Of a DNA stretch of 64,000 bases, positions 38,780 to 52,657 are shown piece by piece. The number at the start of each line of letters is the position of its first letter. The stretch's first letter is position 1. Source of the stretch: Spongospora subterranea f. sp. subterranea (taxonomy: Eukaryota); assembly GCA_049724395.1 (NCBI GenBank), contig JAUGWO010000036.1:1-64000 (forward strand), given 5' to 3'. The position numbers and the translations under genes were made by a program. Below the pieces are notes generated by a model. That model was not told where the DNA came from, did no database searches, and was given only the letters and a program-made list of their open reading frames with translations.

Positions 38780-40726
38780 GCATCGCCAGGTCTCATTGGT
38801 TCGTTCTGGTAATAGTGCACAGCGAACGAGATTAGCGACGTGGTTCAATTGCAACAATCCAGATTAATGTTTTAGTTCTATAATCCGTTCATATACGTGT
38901 TTAGATGAACAATTAGGGCATATGGCGAGGGTCCTGCCATTGTCATGCTACCGCTCGGTATTGTAGCTTGCTAAATGACGTTTAAGGCCAATTGAACACT
39001 CGAAGCTGTCGAACAGTTCTGTAAGCGGTACTGAAAGTCTTACTCCCAGTCAAACTTGCGAATCCGGCGGATCGACGTTATTATTATCCTGTTAAGAAGC
39101 CCCCAAATGAAGACATGTTTGTCCTCAATCAATTGCGAATTTCTTGGACAATGACAACAATCAATGGTAAAACAGCACAGAGCTGACCGTATCGAGAAAA
39201 TCAAACGAAAATCACAGAAACTCGACACACTTCAAGAACATGTTTGAGAAACACAACAAACAATTACTTAATCTGGCAAAAGAAGCTAGTAAGGACAATA
39301 GGGGAACAGCAACGTGGTAGACGCCGAAAACCCTGGTCCCGCAAACAAAAAAAAGCATCGTACATTCGCAACTCGTACTAACAATGCAGTCGAAGAAGCA
39401 AATCTAATCGCCGAAAATTTCAGCGCCATTTATAACCCACTCGATCTTGAGCTATTCAATGATAAGACAGTGAACTGATCACAGACCTAAAACGGCAGGC
39501 TTGTAGCCATCCACCACCTATCACAAAAGACAGAGCAGCGACAAAGGCAAAAAGTAGAGCAGCTCCTGGAATAGATGGAATCTTCTCAAAACTCCTCGAC
39601 CAAATATGAGCAAATGACAAATTAGCAAGACAGCATCAGACATGCGAGTGATTAACAATGACATCACCGTGAAAGGGTCATTTCCAGATACCTTGAAGAT
39701 GGCAAAATAATCCAGTTACCGAAATCAAACCCTGGTGATTACCGCCCGATATCCATATTGACTTCTTTGGCAAAATTAGTAGAGAGTATCATTGAACATC
39801 GACTACGGTAGCAATCAGAAAATCACATTCCGAGGAATCAGTCTGGCTGCAGACCAGCTCACAGCACCTCACATGCGTTGCTTAGACTTCTACACAATTC
39901 AGCCATTGCTGCCGCATCCAAAAATCTATTTGCTGTGGTCCTATACGACTACATGAAAGCTTTTGACAGAGTCCAACGACCACTCTTGATGAAAAAGTTG
40001 AATCGAATGGGAATAGAGCCATCATTAACACTGTTAATTGATAACTGGTTAACGAACCGAATGTACGAGGTGCATTTTCGAAATGTGCAGTCATCACAAT
40101 AAGAGCAGAATAATGGAATTCCTCCACAAGGGTCCAGTATTAGTGTACTACTGTACTGTGGATATTGTATATCTATGATGCACCTTTGAATATGAACAAT
40201 ACCAACGTATATGTTGACGACACTACACATTGGAAACATGGAACTTCTAAGAAAGAGGTCGCCGATCAACTACGAGAAAGCAGCAGCGAACTGTATAAAT
40301 GGAGCAACGCCAATAAATCAACTCACAATGGATGACGACGTTTCTATTGTTTGATAGACACACAGACTCAGAAATAATAGTGGTTGATGCAAATCACAAA
40401 TTCCATACTGCGACAGCAATGAAATACCTTGGGGCTAATCTCTTGGCAAATCCAGCCTGCAACAAATCAATAATTCTGATCGACATGACAGACCAACAAA
40501 GCTGTTTCAATAAATTTGTAAAGGATTCATTGGAGGCAAACTCAACTACTATCTACCGTGAATAGAAGGAGAAATGACGAGAACCACTTTAGAAGAAGAA
40601 ATGACGAGAACCACTTTAGAAGAAGAAATGACGAGAACCACTTTCGAAGGAGAAATGACGAGAACCACTTTCAGACCAATGGAAATAGCATACAATTTTG
40701 TATACCATACCATACCATACCATACC
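38780..40726 (+). mobile_element. Non-LTR retrotransposon (LINE), degenerate RT with (TACCA)n tail
   Basis: 'APGIDGI', 'DYRPISILTSLAKLVE', 'QSGCRPAHST', 'DYMKAFDRV', 'GIPPQGS', 'YVDD', 'KYLG'; ends in (CCATA)n at ~40701-40726. Confidence 0.9.
40563..40671. repeat. 27-bp tandem repeat x4 (GAAGAAGAAATGACGAGAACCACTTTA-like) in the LINE 3' region
   Basis: Four adjacent units are visible. Confidence 0.9.
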
Positions 40727-40767
40727 ACCCCTGTCAAAAACATCGAAAAAATACAACAACAAAAACA

Positions 40768-40839
40768 CTCCGAAACGGGGAATTGAACCCCGGTCTCACC
40801 CGTGACAGGGGCGAATACTGGCCACTATACTATTTCGGA
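40768..40839 (-). tRNA. tRNA-Asp (GTC)
   Basis: TCCGAAA acceptor stem, anticodon loop CTGTCAC, T-loop GTTCAATTC, discriminator G, downstream oligo-T. Confidence 0.95.
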
Positions 40840-40848
40840 TATATTGGT

Positions 40849-41103
40849 GGTGAATAAGTTGAACGCGTTCAGAACATATTTAATGCTTTTCTGCTTTATA
40901 AGGTATGTAATTCCTGTCCATGTTGTGTACAGGCAATTGAACGTAATGAAATATCGGTATCAAAAGTCCTTTCTTAGCACCAAGCAAGGCAGGATGCCGA
41001 GGTTTCATTACCTTCAATTGCCTGTACTCAACATGGACAGGAATTACCTGATTAAAGCAGAAAAGTGCTGAAGAAGTTCTGAACGCGTTCAACTTAATTC
41101 ATC
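40849..41103. repeat. Imperfect inverted repeat (~112-bp arms, 31-nt loop)
   Basis: 40849-40961 is the reverse complement of 40993-41103, with scattered mismatches. Confidence 0.92.
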
Positions 41104-43220
41104 AGGAATAGCCAAGCAGAAACAAACAGCGCGGGGATCCGAATATGTCAACAGCGAGATGAACGCGTACCTGCTGAGAAAGAGTATCAAGCATCAGCGG
41201 AGAGTACCTTATAACCCACAACAGAACGGGCAATCTGAACGAAGAAACCAAACCATCATGTCAATGGCGCGATGCGCTAATGATGATACGACTATTGGTC
41301 AATCGTGGTCCACAATGCTGTATATACCCTCAATCGTCTTCCAACGCGAAGAATCAACTGGCAGACACCATTCGAACTATGGATGGGGAACAAGCCAAGC
41401 GTAAACCATATGAGCCCATTTGGCTGCACAGCATATGCACTCATTCCCTCAGCGTTGCGTACATCCGTTGAACCAACGTCAATCAAGCGCAGATTCTTAG
41501 GATATGCCCCATATCAGAAAGGATAGATACCGTCAACACATCCAGAACAAGAACATCTTCATTCGCAGAGACGCCACACTCGACGAACTATCATTTATAG
41601 ATGACTCGTCAAGACTGGATACTCGACCAGATCCCTTTGAAACGATAGACAATCAAGGATTTGAACTTGGCTTCAATGCATGCCACACGTCTGCTAATAT
41701 TATAAAGACTACAAGCAAGCAATGACATTATTTGACGCTGATAAATGGCATCAAGCAGCCTTCGAGGATCTTGCATCTCATAGGCTGAACCAAAGTTGGA
41801 CATTAGTCGATTAGTTGCCAACACTAAGCCAGTTCAATCACCATGGATCTTTTACCTAGAAACGAACTCTTAATGGCGATCAACGCCACAGAGCACGCCT
41901 CGTAGCAAAAGGCTGTACACAAAGATACGGTATCGACTACCATGAAACCTATTCTTTGGTACTAGCCCAACCATCAGTTCGTTTACTCATATGTCTGTCA
42001 GTCAACAACACCTGGAAGATATACCAGAGCGACTTTAACCACAGCCTATTTGAACGCACCACTATTGGTCCCCATTCACGTCAAACAGCCGGAAGGCTTT
42101 ATCAAGCCCGGGGATGCGAACAAGGTGTGCTGCTTAACAAAGCCCACTAAGGCTTAAGCAGGCCGGTAAAGCTTGGCAGACATCATTCTTCGACCTGATT
42201 CGCAACAATGGATTTACTCAATCCATGAAAGAGCCGTGTATATGGTATAAAGAAGCACAAAGGAATAACCATAATCGGAACATACGACAATGATCTATTA
42301 TTAACAGGAAACGACAAGGCCGAGATTGACAGCATTTCAGCCATTATGGGTCACAACTTTAAGATGAAAAACTTACGGGACCTACAAAGATTTCTCGGAT
42401 TTACAAGCAAGATATATAGACAAAGGGATCGTCCTCAGACAAACGAAATACACGCTCTCTATCATATCCAAGTTCGGGCAGGATATTGCAAACCAGCACC
42501 AAACCCCCATATCGGAAAATCTACACGCTAGATGGCGACGCTATCATCACCAAATACCCGATTCGTGAAGCAGTTGGAAGTCTTATCAACCTGACAAATG
42601 CGGCGAGACCTGGCCTGGCATTCGCAATCAACAACAACAGCCGACATGTCACCAAGCCCACGAAATCATTATGGATAGCCATTCAAAGTATAATCAAGAA
42701 ATCAAAAAGGAACCCCAGATTTAGGTCTAACTTTCACACAAAGCAATCACCAACTTACTGGATGGGCGGACAGCGATTTTGAAGACAAAAGCGATCGTAA
42801 GTCGACTACTGAATGGATATTTTCAATTGGACATCACGTCAACTTTTGGAAAATCAAGGAACAAACTACAGTTACATTATCCACAACAGAAGCCGAATAT
42901 ATTGCAGCTTCGGATGCGAGGAAGGAAGCCATATGGTTACAATATCTACTTTTTATGAACTTGGAATAATTGTCTCGAAACACGCGACTTTGCATAAAGA
43001 TAACCAAGGTTCAATTTTCGTTGAGAAGAATACCTCTAACAAGTCGCGGACCAATCTTTCTTCTTGAGAAGAAAGGACGGATCAATATTGTGTACTGTCC
43101 AACCGAGCTCATGATTGCAGATATCCTCACAAAACAACTATCACATCCACTCTTCGTGAAACATGCTACGTTAATGGACAGGAGATGGGCAACAGCGGAA
43201 CTACCACAATGATTAGCGGG
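40993..43220 (+). mobile_element. Ty1/Copia remnant (IN-RT-RH), degenerate
   Basis: 'VPYNPQQNGQSERRNQTIMSMARC', 'FGCTAY', 'ARLVAKGCTQRYGIDY', 'REAVGSL...RPGLAF', 'LSTTEAEY', 'YCPTELMIADILTK'. Confidence 0.92.
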
Positions 43221-43344
43221 TGAATTAGTCACAGTATTTTCTTCTATTGAACAATGAACATTGATTGGTGCACATAGGTATTACCAGGAGAAAGCATTGA
43301 GAATAAAAGGTTTCAAAACTCAAAATAGTACAACTACAAAAAAT

Positions 43345-43416
43345 CTCCGAAACGGGGAATTGAACCCCGGTCTCACCCGTGACAGGGGCGAATACTGGCC
43401 ACTATACTATTTCGGA
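43345..43416 (-). tRNA. tRNA-Asp (GTC), identical to 40768-40839
   Basis: Same 72-nt sequence, with downstream oligo-T. Confidence 0.95.
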
Positions 43417-43524
43417 TATTTGATTATGGAAACGTTGGTTTTGTTTAGAAACTTTTTTTGGTGGCCGGGCAGGTGCCATTAACATTGTTAACGGCGACCG
43501 ATTTTGGTCACGACGCCTCCGGCG

Positions 43525-44431
43525 ATGATTCGTGCTGCTGATATTGGAGGTCGGCTCATTATCGGTGTGGCCCGAAATTTCATAAATCATGCGAAGGAGC
43601 TGAATAACCCTGTGCCGAAACTGCCCATAATTGTAGGAAAGTTATTATGTCGATTGCGCCGATCAACAAAAATTTCAAAACATTGTTTTGACAACAATTT
43701 TTCGTAGTTTTACGTTTTTAATTTTTGAATGTCATCGATACTGTAGTTTCTAAAGCCTCCATCATCTCGCATCTGGGAAGGTTCAGCAATTCGCATTCCT
43801 ACCCAGCTAGAGACTGTAGATCACGAAGTCGAACTGGGCGTGGTGATCGGCAACGGCAACACGTCGGGCTCTGCTGGTACGCCTGACGATGGCCAAGTCG
43901 ATTTTGCTGGTTACGTGCTGGCTCTAGACATGACGTCTCGTGACCTGCAAGCCGACGCCAAAGCGAATTGTCTTCCATGGACTGTTGCCAAAGGGTTCGA
44001 TACTTTCTGCCCCCTTTCACCATTCATTCCAAAAGGTTCGGTTAAGGACATCGTTGAGGCGCAGAAACTGTGGTTAAAGGTACCTAACAGACGCTTTTAT
44101 CCATATATATTCTGAAAACATCTATGAATCATTTTTTTTTGAGTTTATTGACCTATCTATTATGCTCGGTCGGAAGCCAATTGATTCGAGGGCAGTGATA
44201 AAAATTGAACGTTTTGAGTAGGTAAATGGTGAGATTCGACAGTCCGCACCCATTAGCGATATGATATTTAAAATCGACACGTTAATCGCTCATTGTTCCA
44301 AGATTATGACACTAAAAGCGGGTGATTTAATCCTGACGGGAACTCCATCTGGCGTTGAGCCCGTTTATCGCGGCGATAAGATAACTGCTGGGCTAGGAGA
44401 AATAATGACTATCAACTTTGACGTCAAGTGA
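43525..44431 (+). CDS. FAHD1: Fumarylacetoacetate hydrolase domain protein 1 (exons 43525-43632, 43747-44079, 44222-44431)
   Basis: '[15 protein letters not shown]', 'FLKP', '[10 protein letters not shown]', '[11 protein letters not shown]...[13 protein letters not shown]', '[12 protein letters not shown]'; GT-AG introns splice in frame. Confidence 0.93.
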
Positions 44432-44549
44432 ATAAAACCTGGTTTAGTTTTGCACCATGTTGATTCGTGTAAGAAGAATCCAATGAGCATGAGTGTGAAT
44501 AGCGTTAGGTTTGCAGTGATGAGTGATTCCGCCCGTCGACTCGATTATG

Positions 44550-46130
44550 TTAAGAACAGGACGGTATTGAGAATGGCGCGTCCAGTGACGTCGATCGATT
44601 CAATGTACAACATGGCGTATCACCTTTCTGATCATTTCTGAGATGGTCGCGTTCGAGAACCTGTAGACATCGTTGCCATCCCACCGTTTCGCGCGATGAT
44701 CCGGCTTGAATCCAGGGGCAAAACGAACGATGATCATTAATAGGAGAGATAGTGAACCGTAGACGCATTGAAGGTGGAGCATCATGTCCAAACAAATCTT
44801 GACCAGGCAATGGAACATTTGTGACACTACGAACTCGATCGCCGATTTGAAAAATAGGAACATCTTCTGGTTCATCGATGCGTTGTCGCTTCGACACGCT
44901 TTCAGACGTTGATCGCCGCCTCAGGATGGAACTTGATACGGGAACAGATCGACCGCAAATTTCACAATCCACCACCTAAAATCACCCTGATCAATCAGTA
45001 TCGACCCTCTAAGGCAATGGCAAAATTGTGAACATCAGACTAGGGCAAAAAACGCATTTGAAGCAAGAAAAGCAGTGAAATTTGAGCGAAAAGATAACGC
45101 AACAATCAATTTTTGTAAAACAGTCATAACAAGTTCTGCGTCATTGGGCAGAAAATGGAAAAACATGAATGTGCAAGTCCAGAAAACCAGAAAACTGCAT
45201 AGGGGATGTACTACACCCAAGACACAATAAACCAAGAGCGAACATGAACAGACATTATGCAGATCTGACGAAGCCCTCCACCCGCACATTGCAAGAACAG
45301 TTCTGTAATCCTGACTGATATAAGCAGGGATGTCCGGTATAGGAACAAGCTGAATACGGGTGGGGTCCGGCTCAACAATAGACTGAATCTCAGCCAGCGA
45401 TTCGAACCTGGTCTGGAACGCATCCAGAACGGCGACAGGATCCGGTGATAATATTCTGACATGAGGCATGGCGTCATCTGCTCCAGTTGCACTATAGAAT
45501 GGGCAGAGTTTGTCGTGTCGAGAATAGATGATTTGATCAGCAATTTGATTCAGCAACGATCGGGAACCTGGACCAAAAAAAACTGAGGAAAAAGGAGAAA
45601 AAACTGCTAACCAAAATGATGCTTACCGGAAGAATTCAGTTTTGGACTCACATTGATCTGCAACCTTTTCTGACATGACCTGCATTCCAGAAGATTCGGA
45701 TTTATGCAATGAAGTCCAGCCATTGCGCGCGCAAAGTAATGGGGTAAGAACTGGATCCGACATGAAAGCGAATCGTCGCAGGCCATAGGTTCGGAGAGCC
45801 GTGATTATTTCGTCTCGCATGGTGTTCCTGGCAGACACCTTGGACAGAGATCGCCTGACATTATCGCGCAGCTGGCGCCAGGATTCTTCGCCGGTCATTG
45901 TTCGCTCGCCGCGTGACGAAAGTGTTTCGATTGCTGGAGGTCGCGTCAGACACTCTACACTGTAACAGGTTCATGTGTGATTCTGAATGGGTCAGAAAAT
46001 CACCGCTGACGCCATCACGGAGCAGACTCAGCCTGGCACCTGAAGCAGTTAGGGAGTCGAGCGAATTTCGCAGAAATCACATCCGAACTTATAACAGAAA
46101 ACCGCCACAAAACATCATGCTTCGTCATTT
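44550..46130 (-). CDS. ZC3HC1: C3HC zinc-finger protein NIPA/Rsm1/Pml39-like (multi-exon; ends approximate)
   Basis: 'LTPLLCARNGW', 'HDKLCPF', 'LAMCGW', 'CEICGR', 'PINDHRSFCPW', 'VGWQRCL'. Confidence 0.8.
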
Positions 46131-47887
46131 TTGCCATTTTACGAAAAAAAAGCAAGCTATTCACTTCGATTTCTTTGAAGAGTTTTACAGTGCATTTGGA
46201 AATTGTGATTTTCTCAGCACGTGGTACCTTTGCAGCACGGCCAGTCAAGCATACGAATTCTAGATTGGGCTTCGTTGTGTACGCCACCGTTGCCAAATGT
46301 CCAAGAATTGACACTGCAAGTTCGACCTCGATACTTCCTTGATGGTGGGCGAGGGGAGCTCATCGATGATGTGGCGTCGTTCTCCTATTTTCTTTCAACT
46401 TACCGAATAGCTGTTTGAACGATTCTAATGGGTCGAGCCGGCGAATTTTCGTGTCGATACGACTGACAACAGGCAGGTAAAAAGGACTGGATCAAACAGT
46501 TATATCCTCATTGATCTGGTTATAAAGTGAGGAGACAGCTGGATTCAGTTCCCAACGACATTATTTTCGTTGCCTCATCGCCGTTTACATGACCATCGCT
46601 GCAAACTCATCTGTAACTATAGTTCTGAGAGTTGAGCGGCTCGTGCCACCGTCGCCGAACTTCCACGTTGGCTTTGTTTTTCAATGACGTTGCGATACGC
46701 GGGTGCGTACAGCCTGTGTTCAACGCTTTGATCATGAGTACGATGAGAAGTTTGGCTAGACACAATTTTGCCACGTTGATTGCACTCGAAGATTTTCAAA
46801 CCCGTGCAACATCTTCCATGATTTGATCAAGTTGCTAGAAATTACAGGCATTCGATTGTTGATGGGTTCGGGTTCGGTTACGAATTCGTACAATACACAG
46901 TTGCCCAGCACTGGCGAAGGTCTGGCACCCCATATTCTCAACGATTCGACGCGCCCGGCAATGACCGAGGCTGAACGCAACTTCATCCTCCGGTTCGTTA
47001 GCACTCCGCTTCCTCCCTTGGCAGCATCTGATTCCAGAACATCACTTTCACTTAGCCTTGTCACGAACACCATCTCGAGATGCGTGATTATGTGAATCCA
47101 AGTCCAATTATGATCAAAAACTAGAAAATAGTTCAATCAAAAGATGTATTGAGAACTGCCATATGGCATGTGCATGAGCCATCTTCAACAGATGCTGCCA
47201 AAGAGAACTAACCTACGTTTGAGATAGGATATCCGATGACATTTCAAGCGTTTGTCATCAGCTTCATCAAGTTTGCTTCCAGCTTGTTGATCAGATTCAA
47301 GTGATGAGGACCGATCAACCCTGCAGGATAAATTTCCCTGTGAGAACGGATTCGTCGTAGCCACGATTCCTAAAAGTGTCTCAACCCAAGAAGTTGTCCG
47401 CCCTGAAACCCCATTTTTTCGCACAAGCGAGCGAAGCAGAGACACCTCAAATGCAGTTCCTTCCGAGTCTTCCTCTGAGACGACTGATTCCGAATCCGCG
47501 ATGGAGTCGTTGAACTCCGAAATGCACGAGGTCTTGGGATCTGCGAGTGCTTCGGAAATACTCCTAGCGATGGATGGACAAGATCATAAATAAACGATGT
47601 TAAGTGTTTCATTCATCTATTTTGCATGTGTGGAATGAATGTCGTTTACATAAAACATGCTCGAGCAAGTTTACAACAAATGTTTACCCTCCTATTGTGC
47701 GAAAAAATGGGGATTCAGGGCGGACAATTTCCTGGGTTGTGAGGTTTGACAAATGCAGGCCTACCAGAATGAATACAGTCTCTGGCAAGAGCGTAGTCAA
47801 TCCCATTGCGATCAGAGTGGACATATGACCGACACTTCACTGACAGCCTCTTGTGCTTGGCCACCGAAAGCGACTCGTTTGGTTGCG

Positions 47888-49046
47888 AAGAAAGCGCCAC
47901 CTATGAAGTGGATTGAAATTCTGGAAACGCCGAACAAATTTAGTGTTTCTCGAATGGAGGATCCGCTGAAAACAAAGATTGACTCGTTGAAATTGCTGCC
48001 GCGCGCTCAAGTCAGAAATCGGTAGTCAATCTCTGTTTTCAGCGGATCCTCCATTCGAGAAACACTGTTGCTGTCGTATGAAGACCCTGATTGGATCAAG
48101 AACCTGATCCACTTCTGTTTCTGTCGTATGAAGACCCTGATTGGATCAAGAACCTGATCCACTTCAAGATAATATAAATGTTTAATATAAATGTTTGCTG
48201 AGATAATCCAAAAAGCAATTTATGAAAAACATCCCCAAGGAACATTTCAATTGGATCGTCACTCCATTTGGTATCAAAGTGTTTTCCACAAAAGTTGATT
48301 ATGGCGACTTTGCGCATATCGATTTGCTTCGTGAGGAGGATACTGGCACCCTGTTGCAGCATCACAGGCGATGGTCTTGTGACATCATGGAGTTTTTGGG
48401 AAAGAATAAACACGTCAAAGCCGCTGCGCTGGCACACCACAATGGCAACGTTGAACAATACGCAATGGAAATGTTGACCCTCGACCATACGATGAATATC
48501 TGGATACCGACTGAACCTGTTAAAGCATGGCCATTGGCACTCACACCGGCCTATCAATGCGATGAGACTCGCACCATAACTCATTCGCCTGACATGGATG
48601 GTCGACAACAATTTCTGTTGAAATCCGAATCTACATCAAGCGATTGGTACACACGATGGAACATGCAGACCGATGAAGTTTATGTCTGGGATTCAAGAAA
48701 AGTCGCCCATGCGGCCGTCAAAATCGGTGATGGGACAGGCAAGCGATCATCCATTGCTATGCGACTGTTGATCGTACACCCAACAGAGGATCGTCTTCCC
48801 TCGATATCATTGCCCTTCAAACACGGTTCTCTGTGCTACACCAATCGCCTTTTCAAGCAAATGCGTGCATTCATTTTTGATGGATTCGAAACAACTGAGA
48901 AATTGGCCAAAATGGGATATCACCGACTTTGTGAAGAACTACCTACAGCACTTCCGCCATCACCGTCGAATGTTCAGGCCCATGTCAAACACAAACCGCG
49001 GATACTCTCTTATCTTCGCAAAATTGTTGGCAATTTTCATTGGTAA
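47888..49046 (+). pseudogene. CmcJ/NvfI/AsaB-type oxygenase paralogue 1: 5'-truncated, ~175-bp insertion at ~48021-48194
   Basis: Aligns with 52682-53809 from 'KKAPPMKW' onward. No signal peptide. The core ORF 48222-49046 is open. Confidence 0.8.
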
Positions 49047-50329
49047 TAAACTGGGTGTGAGTTTTCCTATTTTCGGTCCATTTCTTCTGCACTTTAACTG
49101 ACGACATCACGATATTTAAAAAAAAGTGGTGCCAGATTGTAGGATGAAATCCAGAGATTGATGATCAAAGTTGCCGTTCACCCGTTTTTTTGTGATAACG
49201 GTGATAAGTGGTAAAAGGTGTTCACCGTTGTCTATTGTCTGACAGTAGTTCTAGTTCTAATTCTTCATCTTCCTTATTTCGGATCCATTGTCCACCCCAT
49301 TCCTGTTCCTATAAATATAATAGATCCTCATTATTACTTGAATATGTCTGATCATCACAATCCTCTACGAGTTTCCAAATGGTCATCACGAGGCCGTTCA
49401 GAAGTCGAAACGGTCAGTGCATGATTTTAGAATGAACATGTGTGAGTGGCTTCGCAACCAAACGAGTCGCGTTTGGTGGTCAAGCAAAAGAGACTGCCAG
49501 TGAAATGTCGGTCGTGTGGCCACTTAGTGTCGCAATGGGATTGGCCATAGATCTGGAAGCTCTAGATGGCGCCGACGGGCTCGAACTGGTGGCAACCTGG
49601 CGCAGACCGGTTCATTTGCACCAATTAGGCTTCAGTTATGATTGACTTGTTTTGTTAATGCCAGAGAAGGCATCTTGAACCCATGTGTACCAGCATCTTC
49701 TGCTGATTACAAAGTTCGTTGGCTAAATCCATCAGCGTTCGAAAAACGTTGAGTCTTGTGGGTAGGATAGTACAATTGTTGGTAGACGCCAAAGTCATTT
49801 GGTGATGACGCAAAACATTTGCTAACTCCATACCTCTCATTAATGATATCAATGACGTTTGGACGAATTGAATGTTAATTTTGTACTGTATAATGACAAT
49901 GCAGACCAGGACGATTCGAATGTTGATTCTGAACCCATTACGCTTATAGATGGAAAACTTTGATTTTCCTAGGACAAGGCAAATCCGGCGTCATCCATTG
50001 TTCCCAATGGCCCTTGTTAGACTGAATTTGATTACAGCATCTCCGTCAGAAAAGTGGTCGGATCCAACTACCAGCAATGAATCATCAATATGACGTTGTC
50101 GCTGATGCATAAGCTTAAATCACTTATCCACAAGATGAAGCCACTCGTTTCACCACACTCATATCGGATTTCAAGCATCTTGTTGCTTTCGCGACACAAT
50201 CTCCCAATCGTTTCAAGCGAACTCGTTTAGCAAGTCGCAATGACATGCGCATGATGACAATAGAAATGATGCAATGACCAAACGGGGCAGCATCCGTGAT
50301 TATTTGGTTGATTTGGGAAATAAATCAAA

Positions 50330-51050
50330 ATTGTAGCCAGCTTATTTAAGCCCTTTTTGTAAGAACTCCAACAAAACACGATTGACGGAAGCAGCCTCAT
50401 CCAGGCTATTCTTCCTGAGATTTTCTTGGGGCAGATTCCTGCACGATTGTTTTGATTGCGGTCAAGATCGGTATGGGTATTGGCTTCGTTAGTTTATACG
50501 AGCAGCCTCTGACAAAACAGGAACCGAGAGATATCATTCCTGCGTTAATGCTTTGTCCCAAGGCCATGACTGGGTTGGTTTTCGTCTTGACGATGCGCTG
50601 AGCCTGTCGTTGAACTCATCATCATCTTTGCTTCCATCGTTACAAAGCTCATTCAAGCATCTCCACTGGGGTGCTGCGTGTTTCCTGTTAGGTGAGGAAT
50701 CGTATATTGAATCCGCGATGGCCGTTCCGCAAAAGCCTTGTTGGTCTTGCATCAATTCAATCATGACGTCCCAGTATGGCGGGAATTCTATGACCTTCGT
50801 GGAATTTGCCAGTTTCTTCCATAACCTTGAACTGTGCGCGATACTCGGCCTTGAATGTCGTGATTTTGTTTTGCACCTGCTCCAGTTCCACGGTGCATTG
50901 TTTCTCGTATTTGATGTTGTAGACCGACGTCAACCAACAACAAAATTCTGTCTTCTGCTTGTTGGACTTGGTTCGATTGAACTTTTCTACCGCCTTCGTC
51001 GAGTAGCGGAGCTTTAACATTCATTCGACGTCCGCAGTTGTCCAAGCTGC
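50330..51050 (-). pseudogene. Myb/SANT-MADF-like DNA-binding protein (likely Harbinger accessory ORF), frameshifted
   Basis: 'KFNRTKSNKQKTEF...LEQVQNKITTFKAEYR' followed by 'FPPYWDVMIELM'. Confidence 0.5.
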
Positions 51051-52539
51051 CCTTGTTGGCTTCTTTTCTGTCTCTGAATCAGGTGCCAAGGGTTCCTGGT
51101 CCACCCGGCGCTTCTTGGATTTAGGCGACCCTGCCACAATTGCTTGTACCACGTGTAGAGATCGGTGTGAGACTAGAGCACTTCAACCTCCATAGTCGAA
51201 CTGTGCAATAGAATCTGACTTGATTCCTCTTTTGGGAAGGAGATAGTTATTAAGTTGCTCTTGATTGTCAAACACATGAACACGTACCAATTTTGTTATT
51301 CCAGTGAGTGAAATGCAAAGATTCCCGGAAACTTCGAATTAAATGATCAGTCTGCTCTGCTCGAAATTTGAGAATAGCTGCAGATAACCGAACTTCCCAG
51401 CGAATCCACGAGAGTATCAACCAGCAAATTGAGACCGTACTTGTTAAAGTTGTGTGCGTCATCTTGGATAACAAAATCCCCGAATTTGAGAGCATATTCC
51501 TTCATCGACGGTCTCATGATATAACCGTCATTCAGTGTGATGTCATGGCTATGTCAAATTAGCAGATTCCGCCTGAATTCCTTATGGAATTATTTAACTC
51601 AATAAAAGAAGACAAGCCGTCAGGATCACAGCCAAACCGTTGCTCGTGGCCTCTTTCAGTAAACGGCTCAATAATTGTACAGCGTAATCCCGATAGATCT
51701 CAGAATTTCTCTGACCTTTGACACCCCCCAGATCTGATGGGCCAGGTTGCAAGTTATTTTGGACCTCGTCGTGAGGAGTCATTTCCTTCTCATATGAGCT
51801 GACAAGTTGACGCCCGGATGATATGCCTCAAGACCTCATGAGAATGAGTACGGATTGAGTGTTCTGGAATTTGCCATCGGAAAAATTGAAACGAAAAAAT
51901 GTAGACGAAATGAACAATCCGATTTGAAACTTGTCGACTGACCAGAACGGTTTGTGGATTCATTACGATTGTGCTTTATTGTGAATGCAATAGAAATAGC
52001 CTCTTTACGGCCACGTCTCGTATTCCAGGTTTAATCCGAAGGCTTTAACAAAATCGTTCTTTGACTTTGTGCCAGTCCTTCTAATCACCACACCGTCATT
52101 GGCAGCAATTTCATTAACGTAATTTCGCAGTAAATCGAAAGAATCCTATGAATTATGGAACAGGTTGCTCTCATCTGAGAGTTGAAGTTATTCAAAATTG
52201 GGTGCAATTTCTTGAAAAATACTGGATTCATCAGACGCGGACGGACAGGCAGAAGTGTCGGATACTTGGACGTTTTCAGTGGAATTATCATTTCGGAGAA
52301 AGCGACCAGTTCATGACGACTCTGAAACTGTTTTGATGATGCAGCTGCTATGAAAGATAACGTCTCCATGATGATGATTAAGCCAGTCAGAAAATACATT
52401 ATACACTTTTTGATTGTCTGCTTGATTCAAGCAAAACTGTCGCGGCACCTGCTGATGACGGCACCTGGCGGTAGTCCGCGCAGTTGCCGTCACCTAGACC
52501 GTACGGTAGAGGGGATAGGCCGCGTACAGTACACAATAT

Positions 52540-52657
52540 CAGTCGACTGACAGAAAGACGGAAGACCTCCGGATACAGTCATGCAGGGTCAAATCCGAGA
52601 TCCAATCCGACGCACTTATCGGATAACGGAAATGATCCGGATCCGATCAAAGCCCTA
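52540..52657. mobile_element. hAT-like terminal remnant directly upstream of paralogue 2
   Basis: ATCCG-rich subterminal repeats ending ...AAAGCCCTA (TAGGGCT on minus); 52542-52630 is similar to 54843-54925. Confidence 0.5.

Noticed and set aside
40849..41103. MITE
   Set aside because: One arm is continuous Copia integrase coding sequence and I found no TSD.
46200..47650. Minus-strand gene upstream of ZC3HC1
   Set aside because: It may be coding, but I could not support any motif or consistent exon chain.
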